Positions 54,601-62,370 of a stretch of DNA of 64,000 nucleotides are shown here, piece by piece (the stretch's first letter is position 1; every line of letters starts with the position of its first letter). A model generated the notes under the pieces. That model did no database searches, had not been told where the DNA came from, and was given only the letters and a program-made list of their open reading frames with translations. A program made the translations under genes and the position numbers. Location of the stretch: contig JBHIYN010000005.1 of assembly GCA_041984235.1 (NCBI GenBank), positions 195,083 to 259,082 on the forward strand, given 5' to 3'. The DNA comes from Gammaproteobacteria bacterium. Its GTDB lineage: Bacteria > Pseudomonadota > Gammaproteobacteria > Ga0077536.

Positions 54601-54851
54601 CTGACCGCCCGGCTCAGCTGCTCGAAAAAGCGCGACGGATCGCGATCGTCCTCGTCGAACGCGTACCACACGACCCTGCGCTTGCTCACGCGCGCGTACT
54701 CCGCGACCAGCGTGGTCTTGCCGCAGCCCGCGGGCCCGCCGATCCAGACCAGCGGGCGCATGGCGGCTTCGCCGATCAGTTCGACGAGTCGTTGCGGCAC
54801 CGCCAGCCCCTGCGTGCGCGGCGGCGTGTACTTGGCGAGATTGCCGGACAT
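51678..54851 (-). CDS. STAND-class P-loop NTPase transcriptional regulator with C-terminal OmpR/PhoB-type winged-helix plus BTAD (SARP) domains
   Basis: 1057 aa. N-terminal Walker A GGPAGCGKTTL and Walker B-like VLVFDNVD. A long helical/TPR-like middle region. C-terminal wHTH (TLGGFEILRDGQPLQFGRKAPRRSLQLLKAIIAFGGSRVSQHRLVEALW) followed by BTAD-like helices (AYRTALYRLRKLL...YQGAMRAAVAMQQFGEAAGFYRACERVL). Confidence 0.8.
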   Translation of the reverse strand: MSGNLAKYTPPRTQGLAVPQRLVELIGEAAMRPLVWIGGPAGCGKTTLVAEYARVSKRRVVWYAFDEDDRDPSRFFEQLSRAVRRRFPRRRLDLPQLTVEYLAAVPSFARSYFRTLYAALPGDFVLVFDNVDAIADVPGVEALLGAAAGELSGDPNLFMVSREQPFESMAALLANGRMAVIGWPQLRLSEDELRAAARRRKVAVEPAELARFDGWIAGLVLATELAALGGDARDRAVSLPLHEVFDYFAGEIYRRMPQATQRYLVANAIWDRIVPALGDRLAEQEQASRILPDLARRNFFTTAHLARGETTYVLHPLFREFLRGQGDASFGPDAWRDLHEKAAAMLEVAGDTEAAIDVRVRVADWAGVSRLCAAVGPELLRGGRHPRMKNWLERIPPAIVNEDATLSLWLGLVDVITQPATGIARLQAAREAYARQGNVPGHFQALVAILESRVMAHEFAGIGTDLAELLALQDEQGGPAAPSLRGIAVPGVLGTMALCFPGHPRLDEWLGQACTLLTTETSRHRRVMVAAEILFAHTIRGETPAARALIAARGADLEETARIPFARIMWEMLRAQFEFFYGDDSNWIDRAVSDCWSESRERGLHTLDHLIATATNLAAFAAGDVAAGAAAAARLRDVAPPRGGYHTARFHLETAWFEWLRGQPLAARAALDTALALPQESATSLLHMYALLGIARIDIDGDDAASALRALARARRTAHREGCTPIVVMAGLLGAELALRRGREAHARRVLEGVLGLAARLSLRRTLFFSAAGLARVLACALRHDIEPAYARQTIRVLGLAPPHAQVDPLAWPYEVTVRTLGGFEILRDGQPLQFGRKAPRRSLQLLKAIIAFGGSRVSQHRLVEALWGDYDADADADAAQRAYRTALYRLRKLLGETNLVTEEQTVSLDPRRCWVDALVFDEATRRLPTLDEPFAPDVLIALYQGHFLEADSAEPWLLSTRERLRSRVLRLVNGHGAHLEDTGAADRALAVYRRGIELDPLAESFYQGAMRAAVAMQQFGEAAGFYRACERVLATAFGLQPSPPTREIYAALSRRH

Positions 54852-54949
54852 CGTCAGGTTCGCGCGGTCAGCCAGCGGAGGTCGGCAGAGACTGCTACTG
54901 CCCTGCTCTCAATCCGGACCGCTTTCTGCTGCGCGCGCCACCGGCTCCG

Positions 54950-55636
54950 TTACGGCCAGATCACCCGCGTCTCCTCGGCGAGGAACGCGGTGCAGTTGGC
55001 GGCATCGAGGAAGCGTGGCGCGTCGGCGGCGAAGATGGCCTGGATGCGTTCGCTCGACCAGTAGGCGTCGAAGGCCGCGAAATCGGCGAAGGACAGCTCG
55101 GCGACGCCGTCGTAGGCCGGCGTGCCGTCGGCATAGGTCTCCGGCGCCTGGTGGCATTGCACGTAGCGCAGGATGCCGGCGTCGCGCGGGATCTGCGGGG
55201 CATGACCGTTGATCCAGTAGTCCTGGAATTCGGCGACGGACATGTCCGCGCGCCGTTTGAGCAGGAACACCGCCTTGATCAGCGGCGTGTCTTTCTCGAT
55301 CGGCGGCCCTTCGATAAACACGTGCTCGCGGGTGGCGAGGAACACCAGCTTGCCGGTGTCGATGAAGTTCGGCTCGTCGGCCTGCGCGCCGCTGACGTAG
55401 GCGGGGTCGTTCGGCAGGTTGGCGAGGACGTCGAGATCGTCGAACCAGAGCTCGGCGACGCCGTCGTAGGGACATTCGAAGCCGGGGAACGCGTGCGCGC
55501 TGCGGTGGCTCTGCACGTAGCGCCTGAGACCCGTGATCGAGGTCGCGATCGGTCCGTGGACCTCGCGCCAGTAACGGTGAAACGCGTCGTCCGGCATGCC
55601 GGGCTTGCGGGTAACGAGCGCGATGCCCTTGATCAT
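54950..55636 (-). CDS. tandem EthD-domain protein (dimeric alpha/beta-barrel superfamily)
   Basis: 228 aa. Two repeats of the EthD pattern (MIKGIALVTRKPGMPDDAFHRYWREVHGPI... and ...FLLKRRADMSVAEFQDYWINGHAPQI...). Confidence 0.7.
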   Translation of the reverse strand: MIKGIALVTRKPGMPDDAFHRYWREVHGPIATSITGLRRYVQSHRSAHAFPGFECPYDGVAELWFDDLDVLANLPNDPAYVSGAQADEPNFIDTGKLVFLATREHVFIEGPPIEKDTPLIKAVFLLKRRADMSVAEFQDYWINGHAPQIPRDAGILRYVQCHQAPETYADGTPAYDGVAELSFADFAAFDAYWSSERIQAIFAADAPRFLDAANCTAFLAEETRVIWP

Positions 55637-55791
55637 GGTCCTGCTCCTCGCAAGTGATGGTGAGGCCGCATGTTAGCGTCACGGGCGCGCGACAGTCAGC
55701 GGCGCGGCCGCGGAGATTGTCAGGACCGCGGCGCTGCGCGCTGCTAGACTCGGGCGCTCGGCACGCCGCACGTCACCCCCAGGAGGTCCCC

Positions 55792-56454
55792 ATGTCCGCC
55801 ACGCTCTACGGCGCCAACGTCTCACCCTTCGTGCGCAAGGTGCGCGTCTACTGCGCGGAGCGCGGTATCGACTACGCCTACGAGCCGGTCAGTCCCTTCG
55901 ACCCGCCGCCCGATTACCGCAAGATCAGCCCGCTCGGCAAGATCCCGGCGTGGCAGGACGGCGATAAATCGCTGGCCGACTCTTCCGTCATCTGCCTCTA
56001 TCTCGAACGTACCCGGCCCGGCCCGGCGCTGTACCCGGCCGACGACTACGCCTGGGCGCGTGCGCTGTGGTTCGAGGAGTACATCGACTCGGGCTTCACC
56101 CCGATCGCCGGCGGCAAGGTATTCCGCCCGCTGGTACTCGGTCCGATGATGAAGCAACCGGTCACCGACGAGGTGCGCGCGGCGGTCGAGCAGACGCTCA
56201 CCGAGGAGGTCGCGCCGATGTGGGACTACCTCGAGGGCGAGATCGCGGGCCGCGAGTTCTTCGCCGGCGACGCGCTCAGCATCGGCGACATCATGGTCGC
56301 CAGCGTGCACGTCAACCTGCTGCATGCCGGCATCGACGTCGATGCCGGGCGCTATCCCGGTCTCGCCGCCTTCCTCGGACGCATGTTCGCGCGACCGTCG
56401 TTCGCCGCGCTGATCGAGGAGGAGACGCCGACCTGGAGCCGGCGCGACGCCTGA
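55792..56454 (+). CDS. glutathione S-transferase
   Basis: 220 aa from MSATLYGANVSPFVRKVRVYCAERGIDYAY (ATG verified at 55792, RBS AGGAGGT upstream). GST N- and C-domains. Confidence 0.85.
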   Translation: MSATLYGANVSPFVRKVRVYCAERGIDYAYEPVSPFDPPPDYRKISPLGKIPAWQDGDKSLADSSVICLYLERTRPGPALYPADDYAWARALWFEEYIDSGFTPIAGGKVFRPLVLGPMMKQPVTDEVRAAVEQTLTEEVAPMWDYLEGEIAGREFFAGDALSIGDIMVASVHVNLLHAGIDVDAGRYPGLAAFLGRMFARPSFAALIEEETPTWSRRDA

Positions 56455-56500
56455 ACGATGTGCAGCGGGCGCGCGCCCGCATTCCCAGGGGAGAAACACC

Positions 56501-57544
56501 ATGGCCGTCGACTGCGGTTTCCTGTTCCCGTTTCGCAATCCGGGCTTCAACCGGCGGCCGTGGCGCGAGGTCTACCGCGAAGACCTCGATCTCGCGGTGC
56601 ACTGCGAGTCACTCGGCTACGATCACGTGTGGCTGACCGAGCACCACTTCGTCGACGACGGTTACTCGCCCGCACTGCTGCCGATTGCCGGCGCCATCGC
56701 GGGGCGCACCTCGCGCATCCGCATCGGCACCTTCGTGCTGCTGCTGCCGCTGCACGACACCGTGCGCGTGGCCGAGGATGCCGCCACCGTCGACCTGATC
56801 TCCGACGGCCGCCTCGACCTGGGCCTCGGTCTCGGCTACCGCGTCGGCGAGTTCGCCGGCATGGGGCGCTCGCCGCGCGAGCGCGGCGCGCGCTTCGCCG
56901 AGCAGCTACCCCTGCTGCGCCGCCTGCTCGACGGCGAGACGGTCGATCTCGACGGCCGCTTCCACCAGCTTGCCGGCACCCGCATCATGCCGCCGGCGCT
57001 GCAGCAGCCGCTGCCGCTGTGGGTCGGCGCGCGCGGCGACAAGGCGCTGGACCGCGCCGCGCGGCTCGGCTGCCACCTCGCCGGCGTCTCCACCGAGCAC
57101 CGCAGCCGCTACCGCGAGGCGCTGGCGCGCCACGAGCGCAATCCGGACGACTACCACGTCAGCCAGATGGTGCTGGTGTACGTCGCCGACAGCCGCGAGC
57201 AGGCCTGGGCCGAGGCTGCGCAGCCGGTCCATCACATGCTGACCCTGTACCGCGACTGGGCCGCCGAGGCCGGTGACGACAACAACGACGACCAGGCCAG
57301 CCGCGCCATTCCCACGCCCGAACAGATGCAGCGCGAGCAGGCCGGCGACTTCTTCGGCGAGCCGGCCTACATCGGCACACCCGAGTTCGTCTGCGCTGGA
57401 CTCAAAGACCTGCTGCAGCGCTCGCCCTGCACCCACCTCGTGCTGATGGGCGTCCTGCCCGGCGCACCGGTGGCCGGCACGCGGCGCAGCGTCGAGCTCT
57501 TCGCGCGCGAGGTCATGCCCGAGCTGAAAGCGGCGACAGCCTGA
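56501..57544 (+). CDS. LLM-class (luciferase-like) flavin-dependent oxidoreductase 1
   Basis: 347 aa, TIM-barrel LLM family (...VWLTEHHFVDDGYSPALLPIAGAIAG...). Confidence 0.8.
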   Translation: MAVDCGFLFPFRNPGFNRRPWREVYREDLDLAVHCESLGYDHVWLTEHHFVDDGYSPALLPIAGAIAGRTSRIRIGTFVLLLPLHDTVRVAEDAATVDLISDGRLDLGLGLGYRVGEFAGMGRSPRERGARFAEQLPLLRRLLDGETVDLDGRFHQLAGTRIMPPALQQPLPLWVGARGDKALDRAARLGCHLAGVSTEHRSRYREALARHERNPDDYHVSQMVLVYVADSREQAWAEAAQPVHHMLTLYRDWAAEAGDDNNDDQASRAIPTPEQMQREQAGDFFGEPAYIGTPEFVCAGLKDLLQRSPCTHLVLMGVLPGAPVAGTRRSVELFAREVMPELKAATA

Positions 57545-57635
57545 GCGCGCCGGGGGCCAGCGCCGCGCCGGCTTGACGCCGGCGCCGGGACTGCCCACAG
57601 TCGCTGCGTCAGCCCGACACCCGGAGATCTCCCGC

Positions 57636-58550
57636 ATGCGCATCGGACTCATGCTCGGCGCCGACCGCGGCGCGGCCACGGTCGCCGGCGTCACCGCGAT
57701 GGCCGAGCGCGCCGAGGCGGCCGGACTCGACAGCCTGTGGATGGCGCACATCCGCTCGCTGGACGCGATCAGCGCGCTCACCGTCGCCGCCACCCGTACC
57801 AAACGGATCGAGCTGGGTCCGGCGGTGACGCCGGTCTACCCGCGTCACCCGGTGGCGCTCGCGCAACAGGCGCTGACGGCGAACCAGGCCGCCGGCGGCC
57901 GCTTCACGCTCGGCATCGGCGTCTCTCACAAGATCGTGGTCGAGGGCATGCTCGGGATGTCCTACGCGCGACCTGCCGCTTACATGCGTGACTACCTCGG
58001 CGCGCTGCTGCCGCTGCTGCGCGGCGAGTCGGTCGATTACGCCGGCGAGCGCTTCACCCTGAGGGGCATGCAGATCGACGTCGCGGACGCGCCGCCGGTA
58101 TCGACCGTGATTGCCGCGCTGGGCCCGGTCATGCTGAAGCTCGCCGGCACCCTGGCCGATGGCACCAACACCTGGATGGTGGGGCCGAAGACCATCGCGT
58201 CGCACATCGCGCAGCACCTCAATACGGCTGCCGACGCGGCCGGCCGGCCGGCACCGCGCATCGTCGCCGGCTTTCCGCTCGTCGTGACCGATGACGTCGC
58301 CGCCGCGCGTGCGCGCCTGGCCGAGGCGCTCGCCATCTACGGGCAGCTTCCGAGCTACCGCGCCATGCTCGACCGCGAGGGGCTGGACGGCCCGGCCGAC
58401 CTCGCGCTGATCGGCAACGAAGCGACGCTGCGCACGGAGATCGAGCGCATCGCGGCGGCCGGCGTGACCGACTTCAGCGCCGCCATCATGGCCGACGACG
58501 AGGAAGGCCACGAGCGGGCCTTCGCGTTTCTCGCCACACTGAAACGCTGA
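57636..58550 (+). CDS. LLM-class flavin/F420-dependent oxidoreductase 2
   Basis: 304 aa from MRIGLMLGADRG (ATG verified at 57636). LLM fold (...LDSLWMAHIRSLDAISALT...). Confidence 0.8.
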   Translation: MRIGLMLGADRGAATVAGVTAMAERAEAAGLDSLWMAHIRSLDAISALTVAATRTKRIELGPAVTPVYPRHPVALAQQALTANQAAGGRFTLGIGVSHKIVVEGMLGMSYARPAAYMRDYLGALLPLLRGESVDYAGERFTLRGMQIDVADAPPVSTVIAALGPVMLKLAGTLADGTNTWMVGPKTIASHIAQHLNTAADAAGRPAPRIVAGFPLVVTDDVAAARARLAEALAIYGQLPSYRAMLDREGLDGPADLALIGNEATLRTEIERIAAAGVTDFSAAIMADDEEGHERAFAFLATLKR

Positions 58551-58601
58551 GCGGGCCGGCCCGGCCCCACACGCCTGCCTGACCAGACCGGAAACTGCAT
58601 C

Positions 58602-59096
58602 ATGAAAGCTCTGCACAAAGCCGCCGCGCTGCTTCTCGCCGCTCTCGCCGCCGGCGCCGGCGCGGCCGAGACCTGCCCCGATCCCTCGGCCCCCCGCGGC
58701 GCGGTCATGGCCTACCTGCGCGCCATGCACGAGAACCGCTTCGAGGACGCCTACGATTACGTCACGGAAAACATGACCGACGGCCGCTCGCGCACGGCCT
58801 GGGCCGAACTGCAGCGCTCGCTCTACCTGCCAGGGGCGGTGGACATCTACGGGGTCGACATCCGTAACGCCTATGCGCCCGCTGACGACCCGCAGTGCAG
58901 CGCCGGCGCGACGGTCGCCAACGTGCTGTCCTCGCGCGACCGGCTGAACGAGGCGGGCAACGTCGAGTTCGAGATCTACCGCGTGGTCGCTGCTGACGCC
59001 CGGTGGCGCATCGACAGCCAGGAAACCCTGTTCGACGATACCGCCATCCGCCGCTGGTTCCCGGCCGCCGGCAGCTACGAGACCTCGCCGCAATGA
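58602..59096 (+). CDS. secreted hypothetical protein
   Basis: 164 aa with a signal peptide (MKALHKAAALLLAALAAGAGAAETCP). Sits between two LLM genes. Its stop overlaps the next ATG (ATGA). Confidence 0.6.
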   Translation: MKALHKAAALLLAALAAGAGAAETCPDPSAPRGAVMAYLRAMHENRFEDAYDYVTENMTDGRSRTAWAELQRSLYLPGAVDIYGVDIRNAYAPADDPQCSAGATVANVLSSRDRLNEAGNVEFEIYRVVAADARWRIDSQETLFDDTAIRRWFPAAGSYETSPQ

Positions 59097-60100
59097 AACT
59101 CGGCCTGATCTTCACCGGCGGCAGCGAGAGCGTGTCCGACCTCGCCGCGCTCGCCGTGCGCGCCGAGCAAGCCGGCTTCTCCACGCTCGCCATGGCCGAA
59201 GCCTGGCGCAGCGCCTGGGTGCCGCTGACCGCGATGGCGGCCGCCACCCGCCGTATCCGGCTCGCCCCCTACGTGCTCAACGCCTATGGCCACAGCGCAT
59301 TGATGAGCGGGATGGCGGCGATCGATTTCAACGGCTTCAGCGGCGGGCGCCTGACGCTCGGCGTCGGCGGCGGCAATCGCATCATCAACGAGCAGTGGCA
59401 GGGCATCGCGCATGCGCGCGTGCTGACCCGGATGCGCGAGTACGTCACCGTGCTGAAGCGCATGGCGCGCACCCGCCTCGGCGAGCGCCTGGTGTTCGAA
59501 GGCGACATTCACCGCATGGACTGGTCGCCGGCGGTCGATCCCGGTGAGGCGCCCTTCCCGGTGGTGCTGGCCGCGGTCTTTCCGCGCATGATGCGGGTCG
59601 CCGCGCAGGTCGCCGACGGCATCGGCGGCGGCGCCACGCTGTCGGTCGATTACCTGCGCGAGACGCTCAGGCCGGCGGCGGCGGAGCACGCCGCGGCCGC
59701 CGGTCGCGATGCGCGGGAACTGTCGTGGCACGCGGTCGGCGTCACCGCCGTCGATGCCGACCGCGAGCGCGCACGGCGCGCCGCGCGCGAGGCGATCTGC
59801 CATTTCTACGCGCCGCTGCCCCACCCCTACTACGAGTACACCATGCGTGAGCAGGGCTTCGGTGCGGTGGCCGATGCCCTGCTCGAGCTGGTGCCGTCCG
59901 GGCGCATGGAAGCTGCTATCGACGCCATCCCCGACGCGTGCATCGATCGCCTGGTCATCGCCGGCACCCCGCAGGAATGCCGCGCGCGCCTCGCCGCCTA
60001 CGACGGGCTGGTGGACGAAATGCTGCTGCTGAACGTGATGCCGCCGCCGGCCGGCGCTGGCGACGCCTACGCCGCGCTGCTCCAGCTGCCGCGCGGCTGA
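59093..60100 (+). CDS. LLM-class flavin-dependent oxidoreductase 3
   Basis: 335 aa from MKLGLIFTGGSESVSDLAALAVRAEQAGFSTL. LLM fold. Confidence 0.8.
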   Translation: MKLGLIFTGGSESVSDLAALAVRAEQAGFSTLAMAEAWRSAWVPLTAMAAATRRIRLAPYVLNAYGHSALMSGMAAIDFNGFSGGRLTLGVGGGNRIINEQWQGIAHARVLTRMREYVTVLKRMARTRLGERLVFEGDIHRMDWSPAVDPGEAPFPVVLAAVFPRMMRVAAQVADGIGGGATLSVDYLRETLRPAAAEHAAAAGRDARELSWHAVGVTAVDADRERARRAAREAICHFYAPLPHPYYEYTMREQGFGAVADALLELVPSGRMEAAIDAIPDACIDRLVIAGTPQECRARLAAYDGLVDEMLLLNVMPPPAGAGDAYAALLQLPRG

Positions 60101-60200
60101 GCGGCCCGCGCGGCACCGCAACGCGGTCCCGGAAATGAAACGGGGCGCCTTGGGCGCCCCGCGGTGAAGAAGGTGACGGCGGCCGTTCAGCCGCGGCGCG

Positions 60201-60488
60201 TCACGCCTGCTTCGGCTTGCCGATGACGATGTGCTTGGTGCCCTTGAGGCCACGGCGGGCATTCATCTCCTTGACCAGTGCCGAGGCGTGCTTGTGCACG
60301 TTGTCCTTGGTGCCGGTGCGAAAACCGGTGATCGGGGCATAACCCCCTTCGATGACGTAGCGGTACCCGCTGGGGCCGTTCTGGTCCAGCTTGCACTTCT
60401 CGAGCTTGGTGACGTGATAGATGGGGCGGGTGCCCGGGTTCTGCGACTCCGGGTTGAGGGAGTCCTTGGTCTTCGGTACGGCGCTCAT
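60201..60488 (-). CDS. small (95 aa) basic, Lys-rich conserved-looking hypothetical protein
   Basis: MSAVPKTKDSLNPESQNPGTRPIYHVTKLEKCKLDQNGPSGYRYVIEGGYAPITGFRTGTKDNVHKHASALVKEMNARRGLKGTKHIVIGKPKQA. The CAT was verified at 60486-60488. Lower GC and K/N/T-rich, unlike its neighbours. The 584-aa ORF on this strand is an artefactual extension. Confidence 0.55.
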   Translation of the reverse strand: MSAVPKTKDSLNPESQNPGTRPIYHVTKLEKCKLDQNGPSGYRYVIEGGYAPITGFRTGTKDNVHKHASALVKEMNARRGLKGTKHIVIGKPKQA

Positions 60489-60763
60489 TGCATTCTCTCC
60501 GGTCGATCCACGAAAGGCGTTCGGGCGCGCGGCGCACGACGCCTGGCCGGAACGGCTCCGGCTCCCGTGGCGCGTGTGCGGTGTCCACGAACGACGGCTC
60601 TGCGGCCGCGTACTGCTCAGCGAGGGGATGGCGAAATATGCGTCAAGGAGGCAAGACTCAGCCAGGTGAGTTTGGGCACTTGTTCTATTTCTGACTTCAC
60701 CCCTGTGTGGATAACTTACCACGGACGGCCTCCCGCGGCCACCCGTCAGCGGCTGGCACCGGC

Positions 60764-61213
60764 TCAGATCCCGGGCAGAAGTTGCTCCAGGCGGCGGCTG
60801 GCGGCCTCGCAGGCCGGGACTGCGCGGGGCAGCTCGAGCTTGTGGAAAAAGCCGATTTCGCGGCCTTCGAGGCGCGCCGCCACGGCCGTGTTCAGGGCCT
60901 GGCAGGCGGCGGCCATGTCGCGTTCGGCGCGCATCAGGGCGGCGTCCTCCAGCGCGGCGGGATCGGGCGAGAGACTGGTCGCGACGATGAGATCGTTGAC
61001 CACCCGGTTCTGGTAGCGGAACACCGCTTCGACGTAGCTGGCGAAGGCTTCGCGGCTGTGCCGCTCGGTGCGGCCGTCGGGGTAATGCACCTGCACCGTG
61101 GCGCAGGCGGCCAGTGCCAGCGCCAGCGCCGGGGGCAGCGCGTCGCGCACCCTGCGCCGCGGGCCGGCGGCGCCCGCGGCCGACCCGTTCGGCGACCCTG
61201 CAGCTACGCGCAT
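60764..61213 (-). CDS. hypothetical lipoprotein
   Basis: About 150 aa from MRVAAGSPNGS..., with lipobox LALAAC followed by ATVQVHYPDG. Start is uncertain. Confidence 0.45.
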   Translation of the reverse strand: MRVAAGSPNGSAAGAAGPRRRVRDALPPALALALAACATVQVHYPDGRTERHSREAFASYVEAVFRYQNRVVNDLIVATSLSPDPAALEDAALMRAERDMAAACQALNTAVAARLEGREIGFFHKLELPRAVPACEAASRRLEQLLPGI

Positions 61214-61239
61214 CGCTCCCGCTCCTGTTCCCGCGGCAA

Positions 61240-62316
61240 CTATAGCCGATGCGCCGCGGCGTCCGCGGCGGACGCCAGGCACGCCTCGGCCGCGGTGTAC
61301 TGCGCGGCCAGGCTGTGCGCGGTGGCGAGCTGGGCCCGGGTGCGGGCGAGGTTGTGCGCGCTGCGATCCGGATAACGGGTGGCATCCCAGGCGAAGTAGC
61401 GCTCCTCCAGCGCGTCGGCCAGGAAGCGCATGGCGAGTTCGAGCTGGATGAGGCGGGTCGCGGGGAGCACCGCCGCGCGCTCGGTGGCGTCGAAGGCGCT
61501 GCCCGCGGCGGCACAGTAGCCGGCCATCGCCGCCGCGAACAGGTCGAGGTCGAAGTAAGCGTCAGGCGCGTCCTCGCCGCGCGGGTTGCACCACGACCGC
61601 ATCGCGTCGCCGAGCTCCAGAGCGAGCGGCATGCGCGCCAGGGTGTCGAGATCGATGAGACAGATCGCGGCCTCGCCGGCCGGCTCGAACAGCAGGTTGG
61701 AGATCTTGGGGTCGCCGTGTACCACCCGTGGCGGTCCGGGCTCGAACGCGGGAACCGCGGCCAGCGCGCGCTCGATCGCCGCCCCCAGCTCGAGCGCCTC
61801 GGCATGTGCCGGATGCGCCCGGGTGTCCTCGAGCACCGCGGTGAGATGGGTGCGATGCCGGGCCACATCGTGCACCGGCGGCCGCTCCGCGGCGAGCGGC
61901 TCGTCGAAATCCTGCAGCGCAGCGTGAAAACGCGCCAGCAGCGCGCCGGCCGCACGCGCCTCGCCGGTCCCGCCGAGCCGGTCGACGGCGCGTCCGGGTA
62001 CGTAGGTCAGCAGGCGCCACCAGCCGTCGTCGAGGCGTACCGAGTGTGCGCCGGTGCGCGTCGGCACCAGGCGCGGGGTAAGCAGTCCGCGACGCGCCAG
62101 GTGCGCGGTCACGCGTGCGAGGTTGAGATTGACGCTGTCGGCGAACACCGGGTGCAGGCGTTGCAGCACGAACCGCTCGCCGCCGTCCGCCGTGACCAGC
62201 ACGGTGAGGTTGATCAGCCCCTGCGGAATGCGTTCCAGCCGCGTGGCCGCAAGTGCGTAATGGGCGAGCGCCGCGCTCGCCGCCACGTGCCACCGTTCTG
62301 CCTGTGCCTCACCCAT
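61240..62316 (-). CDS. aminoglycoside phosphotransferase (APH)/protein-kinase-like phosphotransferase family protein
   Basis: 358 aa. APH-family catalytic motifs VVHGDPKISNLLF and ICLIDLDT (DxD), with a Brenner-type H-G-D. Confidence 0.75.
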   Translation of the reverse strand: MGEAQAERWHVAASAALAHYALAATRLERIPQGLINLTVLVTADGGERFVLQRLHPVFADSVNLNLARVTAHLARRGLLTPRLVPTRTGAHSVRLDDGWWRLLTYVPGRAVDRLGGTGEARAAGALLARFHAALQDFDEPLAAERPPVHDVARHRTHLTAVLEDTRAHPAHAEALELGAAIERALAAVPAFEPGPPRVVHGDPKISNLLFEPAGEAAICLIDLDTLARMPLALELGDAMRSWCNPRGEDAPDAYFDLDLFAAAMAGYCAAAGSAFDATERAAVLPATRLIQLELAMRFLADALEERYFAWDATRYPDRSAHNLARTRAQLATAHSLAAQYTAAEACLASAADAAAHRL

Positions 62317-62370
62317 GGCCCGCCTCCGTCAGGGTGGCATTATAGGTTCCGCGATGTGCAGGATGCGCCG

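Noticed and set aside
60201-61955. 584-aa minus-strand ORF
   Set aside because: Only the final 95 codons form a plausible protein with its own Met and composition. The upstream 489 codons are Arg/Pro/Ala junk, antisense to and overlapping the lipoprotein and APH-like genes' frames.
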